Positions 19,086-29,924 of a DNA stretch of 64,000 nucleotides are shown here, piece after piece. Below the pieces are notes generated by a model. It was not told the DNA's origin. It made no database searches and saw only the letters and a list, made by a program, of their open reading frames with translations. A program made the position numbers and the translations under genes. How positions within the stretch are numbered: position 1 is the stretch's first letter; each line of letters opens with the position of its first letter. Source of the DNA: Patescibacteria group bacterium. GTDB taxonomy: Bacteria; Patescibacteriota; Patescibacteriia; JAXHNJ01. Location: assembly GCA_043812155.1 (NCBI GenBank), contig JBDRMK010000017.1, positions 146,509 to 210,508 of the forward strand, in the 5' to 3' direction.

Positions 19086-21812
19086 ATGGCAAAAAAATGC
19101 GTTTATTTTTTCGGCGGCAAGAAAACTGACGGTAATGAAAGTATGAAAAATCTTCTGGGCGGCAAAGGCGCCAATCTGGCGGAAATGGGCGGGCACAAAG
19201 ACCTGAAATTGCCTGTTCCGCCCGGTTTCACCGTGACGACCGAGGTCTGCACTTATTTTTATAAAAACAAGGGGCGCTACCCTCAGGGATTAAAAAACGA
19301 AGTGGATAAATCTTTGGCTAAAGTGGAAAAATTAATGGGCAAGAAATTCGGCGACCCGGAAAATCCTTTGCTCGTCTCGGTCCGTTCCGGCGCCCGGAAA
19401 TCAATGCCCGGCATGATGGAAACGGTCTTAAATATCGGGTTAACCTTAAAAACCATTCCCGGCCTAATAAAACAAGCGGCAGGCGACCGCCGTTTTGTTT
19501 ATGACGCTTATCGCCGCTTGATCATGATGTACGCTGATGTGGTCATGGAAAAAGCCGCCGGCCGGGAAGTAAAAGAAGAGCAGGGCATCCGTCGGCAGCT
19601 TGAAAAAATCATGACAAAGATGAAAAAAGAGAAAGGTTATATTAATGACACTGATTTAACCGCCGAGGATCTGAAAAAATTAACTGAACTTTTTAAAAGA
19701 AGAATTAAAGAAGTCTTAGGCCGGGAATTTCCTGATGACCCGGAAAAACAGCTTTGGGGCGGTATCGCGGCGGTTTTTTCCTCTTGGAACGGTCAAAGAG
19801 CCGTTTCTTACCGACGCATTGAAAATATTCCTGACGAATGGGGCACGGCTGTCAATGTCCAAGCGATGGTCTTCGGCAATATGGGAGTGCATTCTGCCAC
19901 CGGCGTCGCTTTTTCCCGGCATCCAGGCAACGGCGAAAATATTTTCTACGGCGAATATCTTTTAAACGCTCAAGGCGAAGACGTCGTCGCCGGGCTAAGG
20001 ACGCCCGCTCCCATTAATCAGCCTTCCAAATCAGAGCACAATAAAGATCTGCTTACCTTAGAAAAAGCCATGCCAAAACTCTATAAAGAGCTGGCGGGAT
20101 ACCGCACTCGGCTGGAAAAACATTTTCGCGAAATGCAGGATATTGAATTCACGATTGAAAAAGGCCGGCTCTTCATGCTGCAGTGCCGCACCGGAAAAAG
20201 AAACGGCCCGGCCGCCGTCCGGATGGCCGTTGATATGTTCAAAGAAAAGTTAATAACCCCCGAAGAAGCGGTCAAAAGGGTCACCCCGGCTCAATTAGAA
20301 GAATTATTGCATCCGGTGATTGACCCAAAAACGGAAAAAGAAAATACGCCTCTCGCAGTCGGCTTGCCGGCCGGACCGGGGTCGGCGGCCGGCCAGATCG
20401 TCTTCAGCGCGTCGGCGGCGGTTTCCCAGAAAAAAGAAGGTAAGAAAATAATATTAGTGCGGGAAGAGACCAATCCGGAAGATGTGGACGGCATGCGCGC
20501 CGCCGAAGCCATCCTCACGGCCAGGGGCGGTATGACTTCGCACGCCGCTTTGGTCGCCCGCGGCTGGGGCAAATGCTGCATTGTCGGCTGTTCCAGCCTC
20601 CATATTGATTATCAAGCCAAAGAACTCCGGGTCGCGGGAAGAATATTAAAAGAAGGCGACTGGCTGACCTTAAATGGCACCAAAGGAAAAGTTTATGCGG
20701 GCGTCCTTCCCATGATGGATGCTTCAGAAGAAAATAAAATTCTTGATGAATTTTTAAGGATCTGCGGCCGAATAAAACAATTAGGTATCCGCACTAACGC
20801 GGAAACAGTTCAGGATATTAATAAAGCCAAGGGTTTCGGCGCGGAAGGAGTGGGCTTGTTCCGGACCGAACATATGTTCTATGGCCAGGGATCGGACGCG
20901 CCTCTATTTATCCTGCGCCAGATGATCGTGGCTGAAACCCAAGAAGAAAGAAAGAAAGCCGCTGATAAATTATTTCCTTATATAAAAAATGATATTAAAG
21001 CGGCGCTTGCCGCCATGTCAGGTTATCCGGTGGTTATCCGTTTGCTTGATCCGCCTTTGCACGAATTTATTCCCAGCGAACAGGTCAAATCAGACGCTCT
21101 GGCCCAAGAATTGAATATTTCAAAAGAAGAACTGGCCAAAAGGGCGAAAAAACTGCATGAATCAAATCCCATGATGGGCCACCGCGGTGTCCGTCTTGGA
21201 GTGACTTACCCGGAAATCAGCGGCATGCAGATAAAAGCGATTTTAGAAGCGACCGCTGAATTGACCAAAGAGGGCGAGAAACCTTATCCGGAAATAATGA
21301 TTCCCGTGGTTTCTGATCTTAACGAATTGGCTGACCAGCGTTTAATCGCAGAAAAGATATACAAAGACGTTCTAAAAAAATTCGGTTTGAAAAAAATTAG
21401 GCACGCTTTCGGCACGATGATTGAAATTCCCCGGGCCGCCATTTTGGCCAACGAATTGGCAAAATCAGCGGAATTTTTTTCTTTCGGCACCAACGATCTC
21501 ACCCAGATGACTTTTGGTTTTTCCCGCGATGATATCGGCGGTTTTCTTCCTATCTATCTAAAAAAAGGAATTTTTGCGGATGATCCTTTTCAAACGCTTG
21601 ACCAGAAAGGCGTCGGCGAACTGATAAAGATCGCCATCACTAGGGGCCGCCAGACCCGCAAAAATCTGGAAGTCGGCATCTGCGGCGAACACGGCGGTGA
21701 TCCGCGAACCGTCAGTTTTTGCCACAAGACAGGCATGGATTACGTCAGCTGCTCGCCTTTCCGCATTCCGATCGCCAAATTGGCCGCCGCCCAGGCGAAA
21801 TTGGAAAATTAA
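19086..21812 (+). CDS. ppdK: Pyruvate, phosphate dikinase
   Basis: LLGGKGANLAEM, PLLVSVRSGA, GGMTSHAA, SFGTNDLTQ, GICGEHGG. Confidence 0.97.
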   Translation: MAKKCVYFFGGKKTDGNESMKNLLGGKGANLAEMGGHKDLKLPVPPGFTVTTEVCTYFYKNKGRYPQGLKNEVDKSLAKVEKLMGKKFGDPENPLLVSVRSGARKSMPGMMETVLNIGLTLKTIPGLIKQAAGDRRFVYDAYRRLIMMYADVVMEKAAGREVKEEQGIRRQLEKIMTKMKKEKGYINDTDLTAEDLKKLTELFKRRIKEVLGREFPDDPEKQLWGGIAAVFSSWNGQRAVSYRRIENIPDEWGTAVNVQAMVFGNMGVHSATGVAFSRHPGNGENIFYGEYLLNAQGEDVVAGLRTPAPINQPSKSEHNKDLLTLEKAMPKLYKELAGYRTRLEKHFREMQDIEFTIEKGRLFMLQCRTGKRNGPAAVRMAVDMFKEKLITPEEAVKRVTPAQLEELLHPVIDPKTEKENTPLAVGLPAGPGSAAGQIVFSASAAVSQKKEGKKIILVREETNPEDVDGMRAAEAILTARGGMTSHAALVARGWGKCCIVGCSSLHIDYQAKELRVAGRILKEGDWLTLNGTKGKVYAGVLPMMDASEENKILDEFLRICGRIKQLGIRTNAETVQDINKAKGFGAEGVGLFRTEHMFYGQGSDAPLFILRQMIVAETQEERKKAADKLFPYIKNDIKAALAAMSGYPVVIRLLDPPLHEFIPSEQVKSDALAQELNISKEELAKRAKKLHESNPMMGHRGVRLGVTYPEISGMQIKAILEATAELTKEGEKPYPEIMIPVVSDLNELADQRLIAEKIYKDVLKKFGLKKIRHAFGTMIEIPRAAILANELAKSAEFFSFGTNDLTQMTFGFSRDDIGGFLPIYLKKGIFADDPFQTLDQKGVGELIKIAITRGRQTRKNLEVGICGEHGGDPRTVSFCHKTGMDYVSCSPFRIPIAKLAAAQAKLEN

Positions 21813-21833
21813 AGAACTATATTAATATAATTC

Positions 21834-22421
21834 ATGAAAAATAATATAATCTCGGCGAAAAAATTACAGAAAGAAGAAATAATCCTTTTGCTTAAAAAAT
21901 ATAATATACCTTTTGAACAATGGGGTAAGGGGGAAAGTAAAATTATAGAATATTTGTTTCGGGAAATAGAAAGGGGTGAAACGGTATTAACTGAAGAAAA
22001 TGGCGAACTTTTAAGAAACGTTTGTGGCGTCGGAATAGATATTTATTTCAAAAATGAAAAAAATCGCTTTAAATTAATCGAAACCCGGCAGCAATTCTCA
22101 GACGGACGAACAAGAAAAAGACCTAAACTTGAAAATTCCGTGGCGGAAAAAATAAAAAATGGGGAAAAACCGTCTGAGACCGCGTTAAGAGCCCTAAAGG
22201 AAGAGCTAGGTTTAGAGGTAAAGCCTGAAGCGATAAAATTCGTCTGCACTGATAAAAATATTCGTGATCCTCAAAGTTTTCCCGGCCTAAAATCAAGATA
22301 TATTATCCATCATTTTACTATCAATATTACGCCGGATTTATTCCAACCTGAAGGTTATATTGAAAACCGCAAAGACTTAAAAAGTTATTGGCAGTGGATA
22401 AAACAAGCCGAAGAAAAATAA
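21834..22421 (+). CDS. NUDIX-like hydrolase
   Basis: KIKNGEKPSETALRALKEELGL Nudix-box variant. Confidence 0.65.
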   Translation: MKNNIISAKKLQKEEIILLLKKYNIPFEQWGKGESKIIEYLFREIERGETVLTEENGELLRNVCGVGIDIYFKNEKNRFKLIETRQQFSDGRTRKRPKLENSVAEKIKNGEKPSETALRALKEELGLEVKPEAIKFVCTDKNIRDPQSFPGLKSRYIIHHFTINITPDLFQPEGYIENRKDLKSYWQWIKQAEEK

Positions 22422-22488
22422 TTATTTTTTTCCAAACACAAAATCCTCTTTTTAATAAGAGGATTTTGTTTTATCTGAAATGAAAATT

Positions 22489-22767
22489 TTAGACCTTTAA
22501 GGAATCCTTCAGTTTCTTGCCCGCTTTGAATTTCGGCACGGTCACGGCCGGGATCTGGATCTTTTGCTCCGGGTGCTGGGGATTAACGCCCATTCTCGCT
22601 TCTCTTCTTTTGGCCGAAAAAGTGCCAAATCCGGTCAGGGTCACTTCGCCGCTGGCTTTTAACTGCTCCATGACGATGGCTTCAAAAGAATCCATCACGT
22701 CTTCGCATTGTTTTTTGTTTAAACCGACTTTTTCCGCGATCTTGTCGCAAAGTTCCGCTTTGTTCAT
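22489..22767 (-). CDS. hup: DNA-binding protein HU
   Basis: MNKAEL, GFGTF, R.G.NP, VPKFKAGK.LK. Confidence 0.95.
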   Translation of the reverse strand: MNKAELCDKIAEKVGLNKKQCEDVMDSFEAIVMEQLKASGEVTLTGFGTFSAKRREARMGVNPQHPEQKIQIPAVTVPKFKAGKKLKDSLKV

Positions 22768-22823
22768 TTTTTTCTTCTCCTTATTAGATTTTTATTAATA
22801 TATAAATTTGTCGACCTTAAAAT

Positions 22824-23621
22824 TTATACGCTGACTGTTTCCCTTATTCTTTCAATTTTTTTTGATTTTTTCGTTTTGCAGTCAATTTCCAAATAGACGG
22901 CGTTGATCAGCACTTCGCCTTCTTCCGGAATTTCCATCCGGAAAGGTAGCTGGGTTAAAAAGGCTTTTATCACTTCTTCCTTCCGGTCGCCGATCACAGA
23001 GTCGGCCGCGCCAACCATACCCACGTCGGAAATATAAGCCGTTCCGGCCGGCAAGATCCGCTCGTCAGCCGTGGCCACGTGAGTATGAGTGCCTAAGACC
23101 GCCTGCGCCCGTCCGTCCAGATAATGGCCTAGGGCCATTTTTTCCGAAGTCGCTTCCGCGTGGAAATCAACAATGACCACCGCTTCTTCTTTTTTGTATT
23201 TTTGAAAAATCTCGTCGAACTTCCGGAAAGGGCAATCAAAGTCCTCGCCCATGAACACCCGACCCACTAAGTTTACCACAAGTACCTTTTTTAGGCCAAT
23301 TTCAAGCAATTTTTCCCCCCTACCGGCCACGCCTGGCGGATAATTCGCCGGCCGGATTACTTTAGGGTCGGGAGCTTCAAGCATCGCCCGGATATCTTCT
23401 TTTTTAAGAAAATGATTGCCCGTGGTAAAAAAATCCACGCCTGCGTCCATCATTTCATTGGCGGTTTTCTCCGTCAGGCCGATGCCGTGGGCCAAATTCT
23501 CGCCGTTTGCCAATACTAAATCCGGTTGGTATTTCTTTTTTAATTTCGGCATGATTTTTTTCAAACCTTCACGGCCGATCCGGCCGATTATGTCGCCGAA
23601 GAAGAGTACTTTGAGGGTCAC
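22824..23621 (-). CDS. ymdB: YmdB-family metallophosphoesterase (TIGR00282)
   Basis: GDIIG..G, NGEN.AHG, TGNH, DFHAEATSEK, GTHTHV; lies downstream of rny. Confidence 0.93.
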   Translation of the reverse strand: MTLKVLFFGDIIGRIGREGLKKIMPKLKKKYQPDLVLANGENLAHGIGLTEKTANEMMDAGVDFFTTGNHFLKKEDIRAMLEAPDPKVIRPANYPPGVAGRGEKLLEIGLKKVLVVNLVGRVFMGEDFDCPFRKFDEIFQKYKKEEAVVIVDFHAEATSEKMALGHYLDGRAQAVLGTHTHVATADERILPAGTAYISDVGMVGAADSVIGDRKEEVIKAFLTQLPFRMEIPEEGEVLINAVYLEIDCKTKKSKKIERIRETVSV

Positions 23622-23631
23622 GCGTTTTTGG

Positions 23632-23735
23632 TTGATTAGTTAATTAAGAGAATTAAGTAATTGAGAAATTAAGAGTTTTTGAGCATTGGAATTTTGAAAT
23701 TGTTTGGGATTTGATGCTTGAAATTTGGAATTTAT
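23632..23735. repeat. Degenerate octamer and heptamer tandem arrays between rny and ymdB
   Basis: aattaagag/aattaagt/aattgaga then ttggaat/tttgaaa/tttggga/tttggaa. Confidence 0.55.
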
Positions 23736-23793
23736 AACCATACCTATAACCTTACCAGCTGCCAAACCTTAATTCCAAAACCAAAACAACGAT

Positions 23794-25320
23794 CTAACGC
23801 GCGTACTCCGTCACTCTGGTCTCGCGGATGACATTTACTTTTATTTCACCGGGATAACGCAATTCTTCTTCAATTTTTTTGGCGATCGCCGCCGCCAGTT
23901 TCATCGCGGCCAGATCGTCGATCTGCTCCGGCATGACAAAAACCCGGATTTCCCGGCCGGCTTGCACGGCATAGGTTTTTTCCACGCCCGGAAATTGCTT
24001 GGCCACTGCTTCCAATTCTTCCAGTCTTTGGATGTAATTTTCATAAGTATCTTTTCTGGCCCCCGGTCGAGCGCCGGAAATAGCATCGGCTACTTTTACG
24101 ATAATGCCTTCCAAAGTTTTTGGCGCGTCCGAATGGTGAGATTTAGCCACATAAGCCACTTCTTCCGGCAGACCGAATTTTTTCATGATATCATAACCGA
24201 TCTCCGGATGGCCGCCCTGCACTTCATGGTCGATCGCCTTGCCGATATCGTGCAGAAGACCGCCCTTTTTGCAGACACTGACATTCGCCCCAAGCTCCTG
24301 GGCTAAAAGGGCGGAAAGTTCCGCCACTTCAATAGAATGCTGCAGAACATTCTGACCGTAAGAAGTCCGGTATTTTAAGCGGCCTAGGATCTGAATAAGT
24401 TTGGGGTCTAAACCGGCCACTCCTACTTTATACGCCGCTTCCTCGCCGGCTTTTTTAATATCCAAGGCTAATTCTTTTTTCGCTTTTTCGATCGTTTCTT
24501 CAATTCGGGCCGGATGAATGCGGCCGTCGGCGATCAATTTATCCAGGGTTCTTTTGGCCAAGTGCCTTCTGATCGGGTTAAAACCGGAGATGACGATCGC
24601 CTCCGGCGTGTCGTCCACTATAATTTCGACTCCGGTCAGCTGTTCGATCGTTTTGATATTGCGGCCTTCGCGTCCGATGATCCGGCCTTTCATTTCGTCC
24701 GAAGGCAAATTTACCACTGTGGTCGTTGTTTCCGTGGCGTGCGAGGAGGCGATCCGCTGGATGACGGAGGAAAGAATATTTTTTGATTCTTTTTCCAGCT
24801 CTTCCTGGCTTTCCGCCTGGAGCTTGCGGATGCGGGCCAAAAGCTCTTCTTTCATCCGGGTCTCCGTATTTTCCAAGAGAACTTTCTTTGCCTCTTCCAT
24901 GGTAAGCTGAGCGATCTTCTCCAATTTTTTTATCTGCTCCTCTTTAACGCCGGAAATCTCTTCTTTCATCTTTTCGATCCGCTGGACTTTATCAAGCAAA
25001 CCTTGTTGCCGTTCCTCAAAATCCAAAATTTTCTGGTCAAACAAACTTTCTCTTTTTTCCAGACGGCCCTGGATACGGTTTAACTCCCGTAGCCGTTCCT
25101 CTCCCTCTTTTTTGGCATCTTCAATAACCGAAAGCGCCTTATCTTTGGCCTGGATAAGGATCTCTTTTTGCTTTTCTTTGGCCTGGTCGATTAAACTTTT
25201 CGATTTTGCTTCAACCGAAGCTGACTCCCTGATCGCCCAAAACTTGCGGGCAAAGTAACCGGCTAAAATGCCGCCCGGCAAGCCTATGGCCAGGAGTATG
25301 ATCCAAATTGATGTGTTCAT
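23794..25320 (-). CDS. rny: Ribonuclease Y
   Basis: N-terminal TM, coiled coil, KH (MKGRIIGREGRNI), HD (LLHDIGKA), RPGAR. Confidence 0.97.
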   Translation of the reverse strand: MNTSIWIILLAIGLPGGILAGYFARKFWAIRESASVEAKSKSLIDQAKEKQKEILIQAKDKALSVIEDAKKEGEERLRELNRIQGRLEKRESLFDQKILDFEERQQGLLDKVQRIEKMKEEISGVKEEQIKKLEKIAQLTMEEAKKVLLENTETRMKEELLARIRKLQAESQEELEKESKNILSSVIQRIASSHATETTTTVVNLPSDEMKGRIIGREGRNIKTIEQLTGVEIIVDDTPEAIVISGFNPIRRHLAKRTLDKLIADGRIHPARIEETIEKAKKELALDIKKAGEEAAYKVGVAGLDPKLIQILGRLKYRTSYGQNVLQHSIEVAELSALLAQELGANVSVCKKGGLLHDIGKAIDHEVQGGHPEIGYDIMKKFGLPEEVAYVAKSHHSDAPKTLEGIIVKVADAISGARPGARKDTYENYIQRLEELEAVAKQFPGVEKTYAVQAGREIRVFVMPEQIDDLAAMKLAAAIAKKIEEELRYPGEIKVNVIRETRVTEYAR

Positions 25321-25499
25321 AAAATTGTTTTCCTAATCCATAAAACCGCAAGACAACCGCCAAACACGATATATTTGGCCTTTCTTTCTTGGCTTGTTTG
25401 ATTATTTTATGGATTATCATATTCATTATTAATTAGATACTTTAACCATATTAACACAAAAAAGAAAATCCGGCAAGGACTAGCTATATTCTTTCGTTT

Positions 25500-26075
25500 T
25501 TACGGCCGATTGGTGATGATTTTATCGATCAGGCCGTATTTTTTCGCTTCTTCCGCAGACATGAAAAAATCGCGGTCAGTGTCTTTTTCGATCTTAGCCA
25601 AAGACTGGCCGGTATGTTCGGAAAGGATCTTATTTATCTTATCGCGGATCTTTAAGATATGCTCGGCCCGAATCTTGACATCCACCGCCTGGCCGCCCGC
25701 CTCGCCCATCACCTGGTGCAATAAGATCTCGGAATTGGGCAGGGTAAACCTTTTTCCCCGTGTACCGGCGGAAAGCAAAACCGCCCCCATGGAAGCGGCC
25801 ATCCCGACGCAGATCGTGGCGACCTCTGGGGTAATATATTGCATCGTATCGTAAATCGCCATCCCGGCCGTGACCGAACCGCCCGGCGTGTTAATGTATA
25901 TTTTTATTTCTTTATTTTTATCTTCGCTGGCCAAGAATAACAGCTGGGCGATGATGGTATTGGCCAAAGCATCAGAGATCACGTCGCCTAAGAAAATTAT
26001 CCTTTCCTTTAAAAGGCGGGAATAAATATCATATGCACGCTCGCCCAATGAGGTTTTTTCCACCACCATAGGCAC
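25500..26075 (-). CDS. clpP: ATP-dependent Clp protease proteolytic subunit
   Basis: [33 protein letters not shown]; start ambiguous (see findings). Confidence 0.95.
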   Translation of the reverse strand: MPMVVEKTSLGERAYDIYSRLLKERIIFLGDVISDALANTIIAQLLFLASEDKNKEIKIYINTPGGSVTAGMAIYDTMQYITPEVATICVGMAASMGAVLLSAGTRGKRFTLPNSEILLHQVMGEAGGQAVDVKIRAEHILKIRDKINKILSEHTGQSLAKIEKDTDRDFFMSAEEAKKYGLIDKIITNRP

Positions 26076-26162
26076 TCAAACCTGATTTTTTACTGCTGCC
26101 AGATATTTTATATTTAATGATTATCGCTTATTGATTATAAATTAAAAGAAAAATTTTATCAA

Positions 26163-27143
26163 TCATTCGATCCGCCAGCCATCGGCGGTTTTAACCAACT
26201 TGCCTTTAACGGAAAAACCGGCCGCTTTTTTATGGCCGCCGCCGCCGTATTCGGCGGCGATCTTGGCCACGTCCACTTCTTCGCGGGTGGTCCTTAAACT
26301 GCCTTTGACTGTTCCGCTCTTTTCTTCTTTATAAAGAAGGGTGTATTTGGCGTCCGAAAGAAAATTCAAGAAATTGCTTATCCCTTCCGTTGACTCCTCT
26401 TCCGCTCCGCATTCTTCCAGATCTTTTAGGGTGATGGCCGAAGTGACCACGCCGGTTTTTTCATTTTTTTCCAGCCGGGACAAGACCCGGCCCCAAAGCT
26501 TCAAAGAAACCACGTTTTTATTTTTCTGAGTATGATCGCAGATTTTTTTAATATTGGTCCCCTTATTCATCAGGTCGGCCGCCATGGAAAAAGAGGAGAC
26601 GGTCGTGCCGAGATTGGAAAAACAGCCCGTGTCGGTCAAAACGCCGGTGAGAAGATTAGTGGCTTTTTCCTTGTTCAGATGAATTTTTAAAAAATCAAAA
26701 AAATTATAGATGATCTCGGACGTGGACGAGACTTCCAGGCTGACTATATTCAGGTCAAAAAAATGGTCTTCATCCAAACTGGAAGTAAGATGATGATCGA
26801 TGTTGATGACCTTAGTTTTATTTTTATCGATCTGAAAAAGAAAATCCTTTAAACCGGTCCTTTTCACGTCGCCCGCGTCCAAAAATATGACCAGATCAAA
26901 ATCCGCCACCTTCTCCAATTGGTGGCTTATCTTTTCAATACCGGGCAGAAAAAAATAGGCGTCAATCACTTTTTCCCGGGCATAGCAAAGGTGTTTTTTC
27001 CCCAAATCTTCCAAATAATAGGACAAAGCGATCATGGCGCCTAAAGCGTCGCCATCAGGCCGTTCATGGGTGGACAGCAGGATATTATTCGCTTTTGAGA
27101 TCAGTTCCTGAAGTTTTAGAAAAGATGAATTAAATTCTTCCAT
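26163..27143 (-). CDS. nrnA: DHH/DHHA1 nanoRNase / pAp phosphatase
   Basis: H.RPDGDA, IDHH, TDTG.F, SLR, GGGGH..AAG. Confidence 0.9.
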   Translation of the reverse strand: MEEFNSSFLKLQELISKANNILLSTHERPDGDALGAMIALSYYLEDLGKKHLCYAREKVIDAYFFLPGIEKISHQLEKVADFDLVIFLDAGDVKRTGLKDFLFQIDKNKTKVINIDHHLTSSLDEDHFFDLNIVSLEVSSTSEIIYNFFDFLKIHLNKEKATNLLTGVLTDTGCFSNLGTTVSSFSMAADLMNKGTNIKKICDHTQKNKNVVSLKLWGRVLSRLEKNEKTGVVTSAITLKDLEECGAEEESTEGISNFLNFLSDAKYTLLYKEEKSGTVKGSLRTTREEVDVAKIAAEYGGGGHKKAAGFSVKGKLVKTADGWRIE

Positions 27144-27176
27144 AAAAATAGTTAAAACAGGCTTTAACCGCCTATT

Positions 27177-27521
27177 TTATGACTCTTCCGAGATTTTGTC
27201 AATAAGCGCTTCCACCCGCGCCGCCTCTTCTTCGGTGCTGTCCACGGTAAATATGATCTTCGGCACGATCCGCCGGAACATCCGCCGGTTCAGGCATTGC
27301 TGAAGATGATAGACGTTCTTGGCCAATATCTTCAGAACGGTGCCGGTCTGAGAAACGGGTAAAACCGAAATATAAACCTTGGCGTGGGCGATATCAGCCG
27401 AGGTTTTCACTTTTATGACCGTTACTAAACAGCCGAGCGGAAACTCCACTTCTTTCAAGAGAAGCTCCGCCACTTCCTTTAAAATCAGCTGGTTAACCTG
27501 ATTTAAGCGTTTTTCCGACAT
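27177..27521 (-). CDS. rbfA: Ribosome-binding factor A
   Basis: V..V..S.D...AKVYIS, R.VPKI.F..D; follows infB. Confidence 0.9.
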   Translation of the reverse strand: MSEKRLNQVNQLILKEVAELLLKEVEFPLGCLVTVIKVKTSADIAHAKVYISVLPVSQTGTVLKILAKNVYHLQQCLNRRMFRRIVPKIIFTVDSTEEEAARVEALIDKISEES

Positions 27522-29374
27522 TATTTTATTTGAATCTTTTTGAAGATTTTTTGCTCTTCATAGGCTTCTATAACGTCATTGACCGCGATAACAGGCTCGC
27601 CTTCAAATTTAACGCCTGCTTCCTGGCCCTTGCCGACTTCCGGCACCGCTTTTTTATCTTGCTGAGTCTGGGAGATAGTGCCGCGGCCAATCTCCACCTT
27701 ATCTCTTAAGACTTTTACTTTTGCTTTAGGCCGGAATTTTCCTTCCGTCACTTTGCCGCCGACGATCATCGATTTTTTCTCGGTCCTAAAAATTGCCAGC
27801 ACTTTCATCCGTCCGGTCTTTTCCTCGAAAATATCCGGGCTGAGCATCCCCTCTAATTTGCTTTTTATCTCATCAAATAATTCGTAGATGATCTTATAGC
27901 TTTTAAAAACTACCTTTTTTTCCCGGGCCAGATCTTCCGCCGAAGAGGTCAAAGAAACGTTAAATCCCCGCAGGAGAGCGTCGGTGGCTTCCGCTTTTGA
28001 GATATCGCTGTCCATGATATTGCCCAGACCGCTGTAGACGATCTCAAGCTTAACTTCCGGGTGCTGAAACTTTTTCAGGCTCTCGGAAATCGCTTCCAAC
28101 GAGCCCAAATTATCCGCCTTTAATATTATTTTCAGCTCTTTAACCTTCCTTTCCCCCTTTCCTTCCTTCATTCTTTCCTCTTTTTCTTTTTTGGTCTCTA
28201 TCCGGCTTTCCGTCGGCTTAATAAGATGCTTGTCCAGGCGATACTGCTTGGCTTGCTTTTTATACTGGCTTAAATCCTTGACCACCGTTAAGATATCGCC
28301 GACGACCGGCGAACCTTTAAGGCCGTAAATCTTTACGGGTGTTGAAGGCGAGGCTTCCCTGACCGCTTCACCCAAGAAATTTTTCATCGCTTTTATTTTT
28401 CCGTAGACGTCCCCGATGGCGACTAATTCGCTGATTTTCAAGGTACCGGTATGGATAATGACCGTGGCCGTGGCTCCCTCCTGCGGATCAATATGCGATT
28501 CCACCACGGAAGCGATAACGCTTCCGTTTGGATTGGCCAGAATTTTTTGTTTTTCCATTTCATAGACCAATAAAATCATTTCTAAAAGCTCATCAATCCC
28601 TTTTTTCTCTTTGGCGGAAACTTTGGCCACAATGGTTTTGCCTCCCCATTCTTCCGACAACAGATCCAGATCCGCCAATTCTCTCATTACCCGGTCAATG
28701 TCGCTTTCCGGCTTGTCAATTTTATTGATGGCGACGATCAAGGGCAAACCGGCGGTTTTTATGATATTCAAGGCTTCTTTGGTCTGGGGTTTAATGCCGT
28801 CATCAGCCGCCACCACTAAAATGGCGATGTCCGCCACCTTGGCCCCGCGCGAACGCATGGCGGTAAACGCCTCATGCCCAGGAGTATCAATAAAAGTGAT
28901 ATATTGGTTCTTATGCTTGACTTGATAAGCGCCGATGCGCTGGGTGATGCCGCCGTATTCTGAATCTACCACTTTGGTCTGGCGGATGGCGTCCAAGAGC
29001 AAGGTTTTGCCGTGGTCAACATGGCCCAAGACCACCACGATCGGCGGCCGGGATTTCAAATTTTTCTTCTCTTCATGGCCGATAATTTCTTTATAATCCT
29101 GGCCCTCCGCCACTTCCTTCTCTTCTTTAAGCGTCGCCTCAAAACCCAGGTCATCAGCGATAATGGCGGCCGTGTCAAAATCCACGTTCTCATTCTGGCT
29201 GGCCAGCACTCCGTTTTTCATCAAACTGGCGATCACTTCCGTCACCGGCAAAACCAAAAGGCCGGCCAGATCCTTGACGGAAATTCTCGGCGGCACTTTT
29301 ATTACTTTTTTCTCCGGCGCTATTTCCGCGACCGGCGGAGTATTGTCAGACTTTATTTGATTTTCTTCAGCCAT
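27521..29374 (-). CDS. infB: Translation initiation factor IF-2
   Basis: RPPIVVVLGHVDHGKT, GGITQ.IGAY, DTPGHEAF, NKID. Confidence 0.97.
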   Translation of the reverse strand: MAEENQIKSDNTPPVAEIAPEKKVIKVPPRISVKDLAGLLVLPVTEVIASLMKNGVLASQNENVDFDTAAIIADDLGFEATLKEEKEVAEGQDYKEIIGHEEKKNLKSRPPIVVVLGHVDHGKTLLLDAIRQTKVVDSEYGGITQRIGAYQVKHKNQYITFIDTPGHEAFTAMRSRGAKVADIAILVVAADDGIKPQTKEALNIIKTAGLPLIVAINKIDKPESDIDRVMRELADLDLLSEEWGGKTIVAKVSAKEKKGIDELLEMILLVYEMEKQKILANPNGSVIASVVESHIDPQEGATATVIIHTGTLKISELVAIGDVYGKIKAMKNFLGEAVREASPSTPVKIYGLKGSPVVGDILTVVKDLSQYKKQAKQYRLDKHLIKPTESRIETKKEKEERMKEGKGERKVKELKIILKADNLGSLEAISESLKKFQHPEVKLEIVYSGLGNIMDSDISKAEATDALLRGFNVSLTSSAEDLAREKKVVFKSYKIIYELFDEIKSKLEGMLSPDIFEEKTGRMKVLAIFRTEKKSMIVGGKVTEGKFRPKAKVKVLRDKVEIGRGTISQTQQDKKAVPEVGKGQEAGVKFEGEPVIAVNDVIEAYEEQKIFKKIQIK

Positions 29375-29499
29375 AAAATATATTAATTTAGATACTTTAT
29401 TCTATTAAAAATTAGCCAAAAAGTCAAATAATCCCGTTAAAGATTATACTTTAAGAGGGATAAAAAAAGTCCGCTCGACGGTGAGCGGACTTACTAGCA

Positions 29500-29880
29500 T
29501 CAACGAACGGAAACCGTCATCTCTTCAATTTTTCCCAGAAGGGACGACGGATTGAAGGGTATGGCCAGATAAAACCAGTACGGATGCTTCGGCCCCCTTC
29601 TTATCTCCTCCGGATTGGATTTTTCCTCCTCCTTCATAAGAAAGATGATGGGGATTTTCGAAGAAATCCTCTGTCCGTGCTTCTTCTGCAGGAATTCCGA
29701 CAGGCCGGCTTGCGGATAAGAGCAGATGATGAGGTCGGGCATTTTTTCCCCGGCCAAAAGCTTTGTCCAGGCGATGCCCGGGTCCGCTGATTCAACCAAT
29801 TCATAATGGTTGCTCATCAAAACGGCCTTCAGAATATGCTGTCTCTCGGAATCCTCTTCAATAACCAGTATCTTCAACAT
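29500..29880 (-). CDS. Atypical single-domain response regulator receiver
   Basis: KILVIEED, PDLII, IPIIFL, YL.IPF...L; phospho-Asp and conserved Lys not canonical. Confidence 0.6.
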   Translation of the reverse strand: MLKILVIEEDSERQHILKAVLMSNHYELVESADPGIAWTKLLAGEKMPDLIICSYPQAGLSEFLQKKHGQRISSKIPIIFLMKEEEKSNPEEIRRGPKHPYWFYLAIPFNPSSLLGKIEEMTVSVR

Positions 29881-29924
29881 GGCGCTCACTCCCATTTGCA
29901 CGCGGGAGTTTTATGAAATGAACA

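Noticed and set aside
26076-26078. Genetic code 25 (TGA=Gly)
   Set aside because: Several genes end at TGA at the expected length and long ORFs are intact under code 11.
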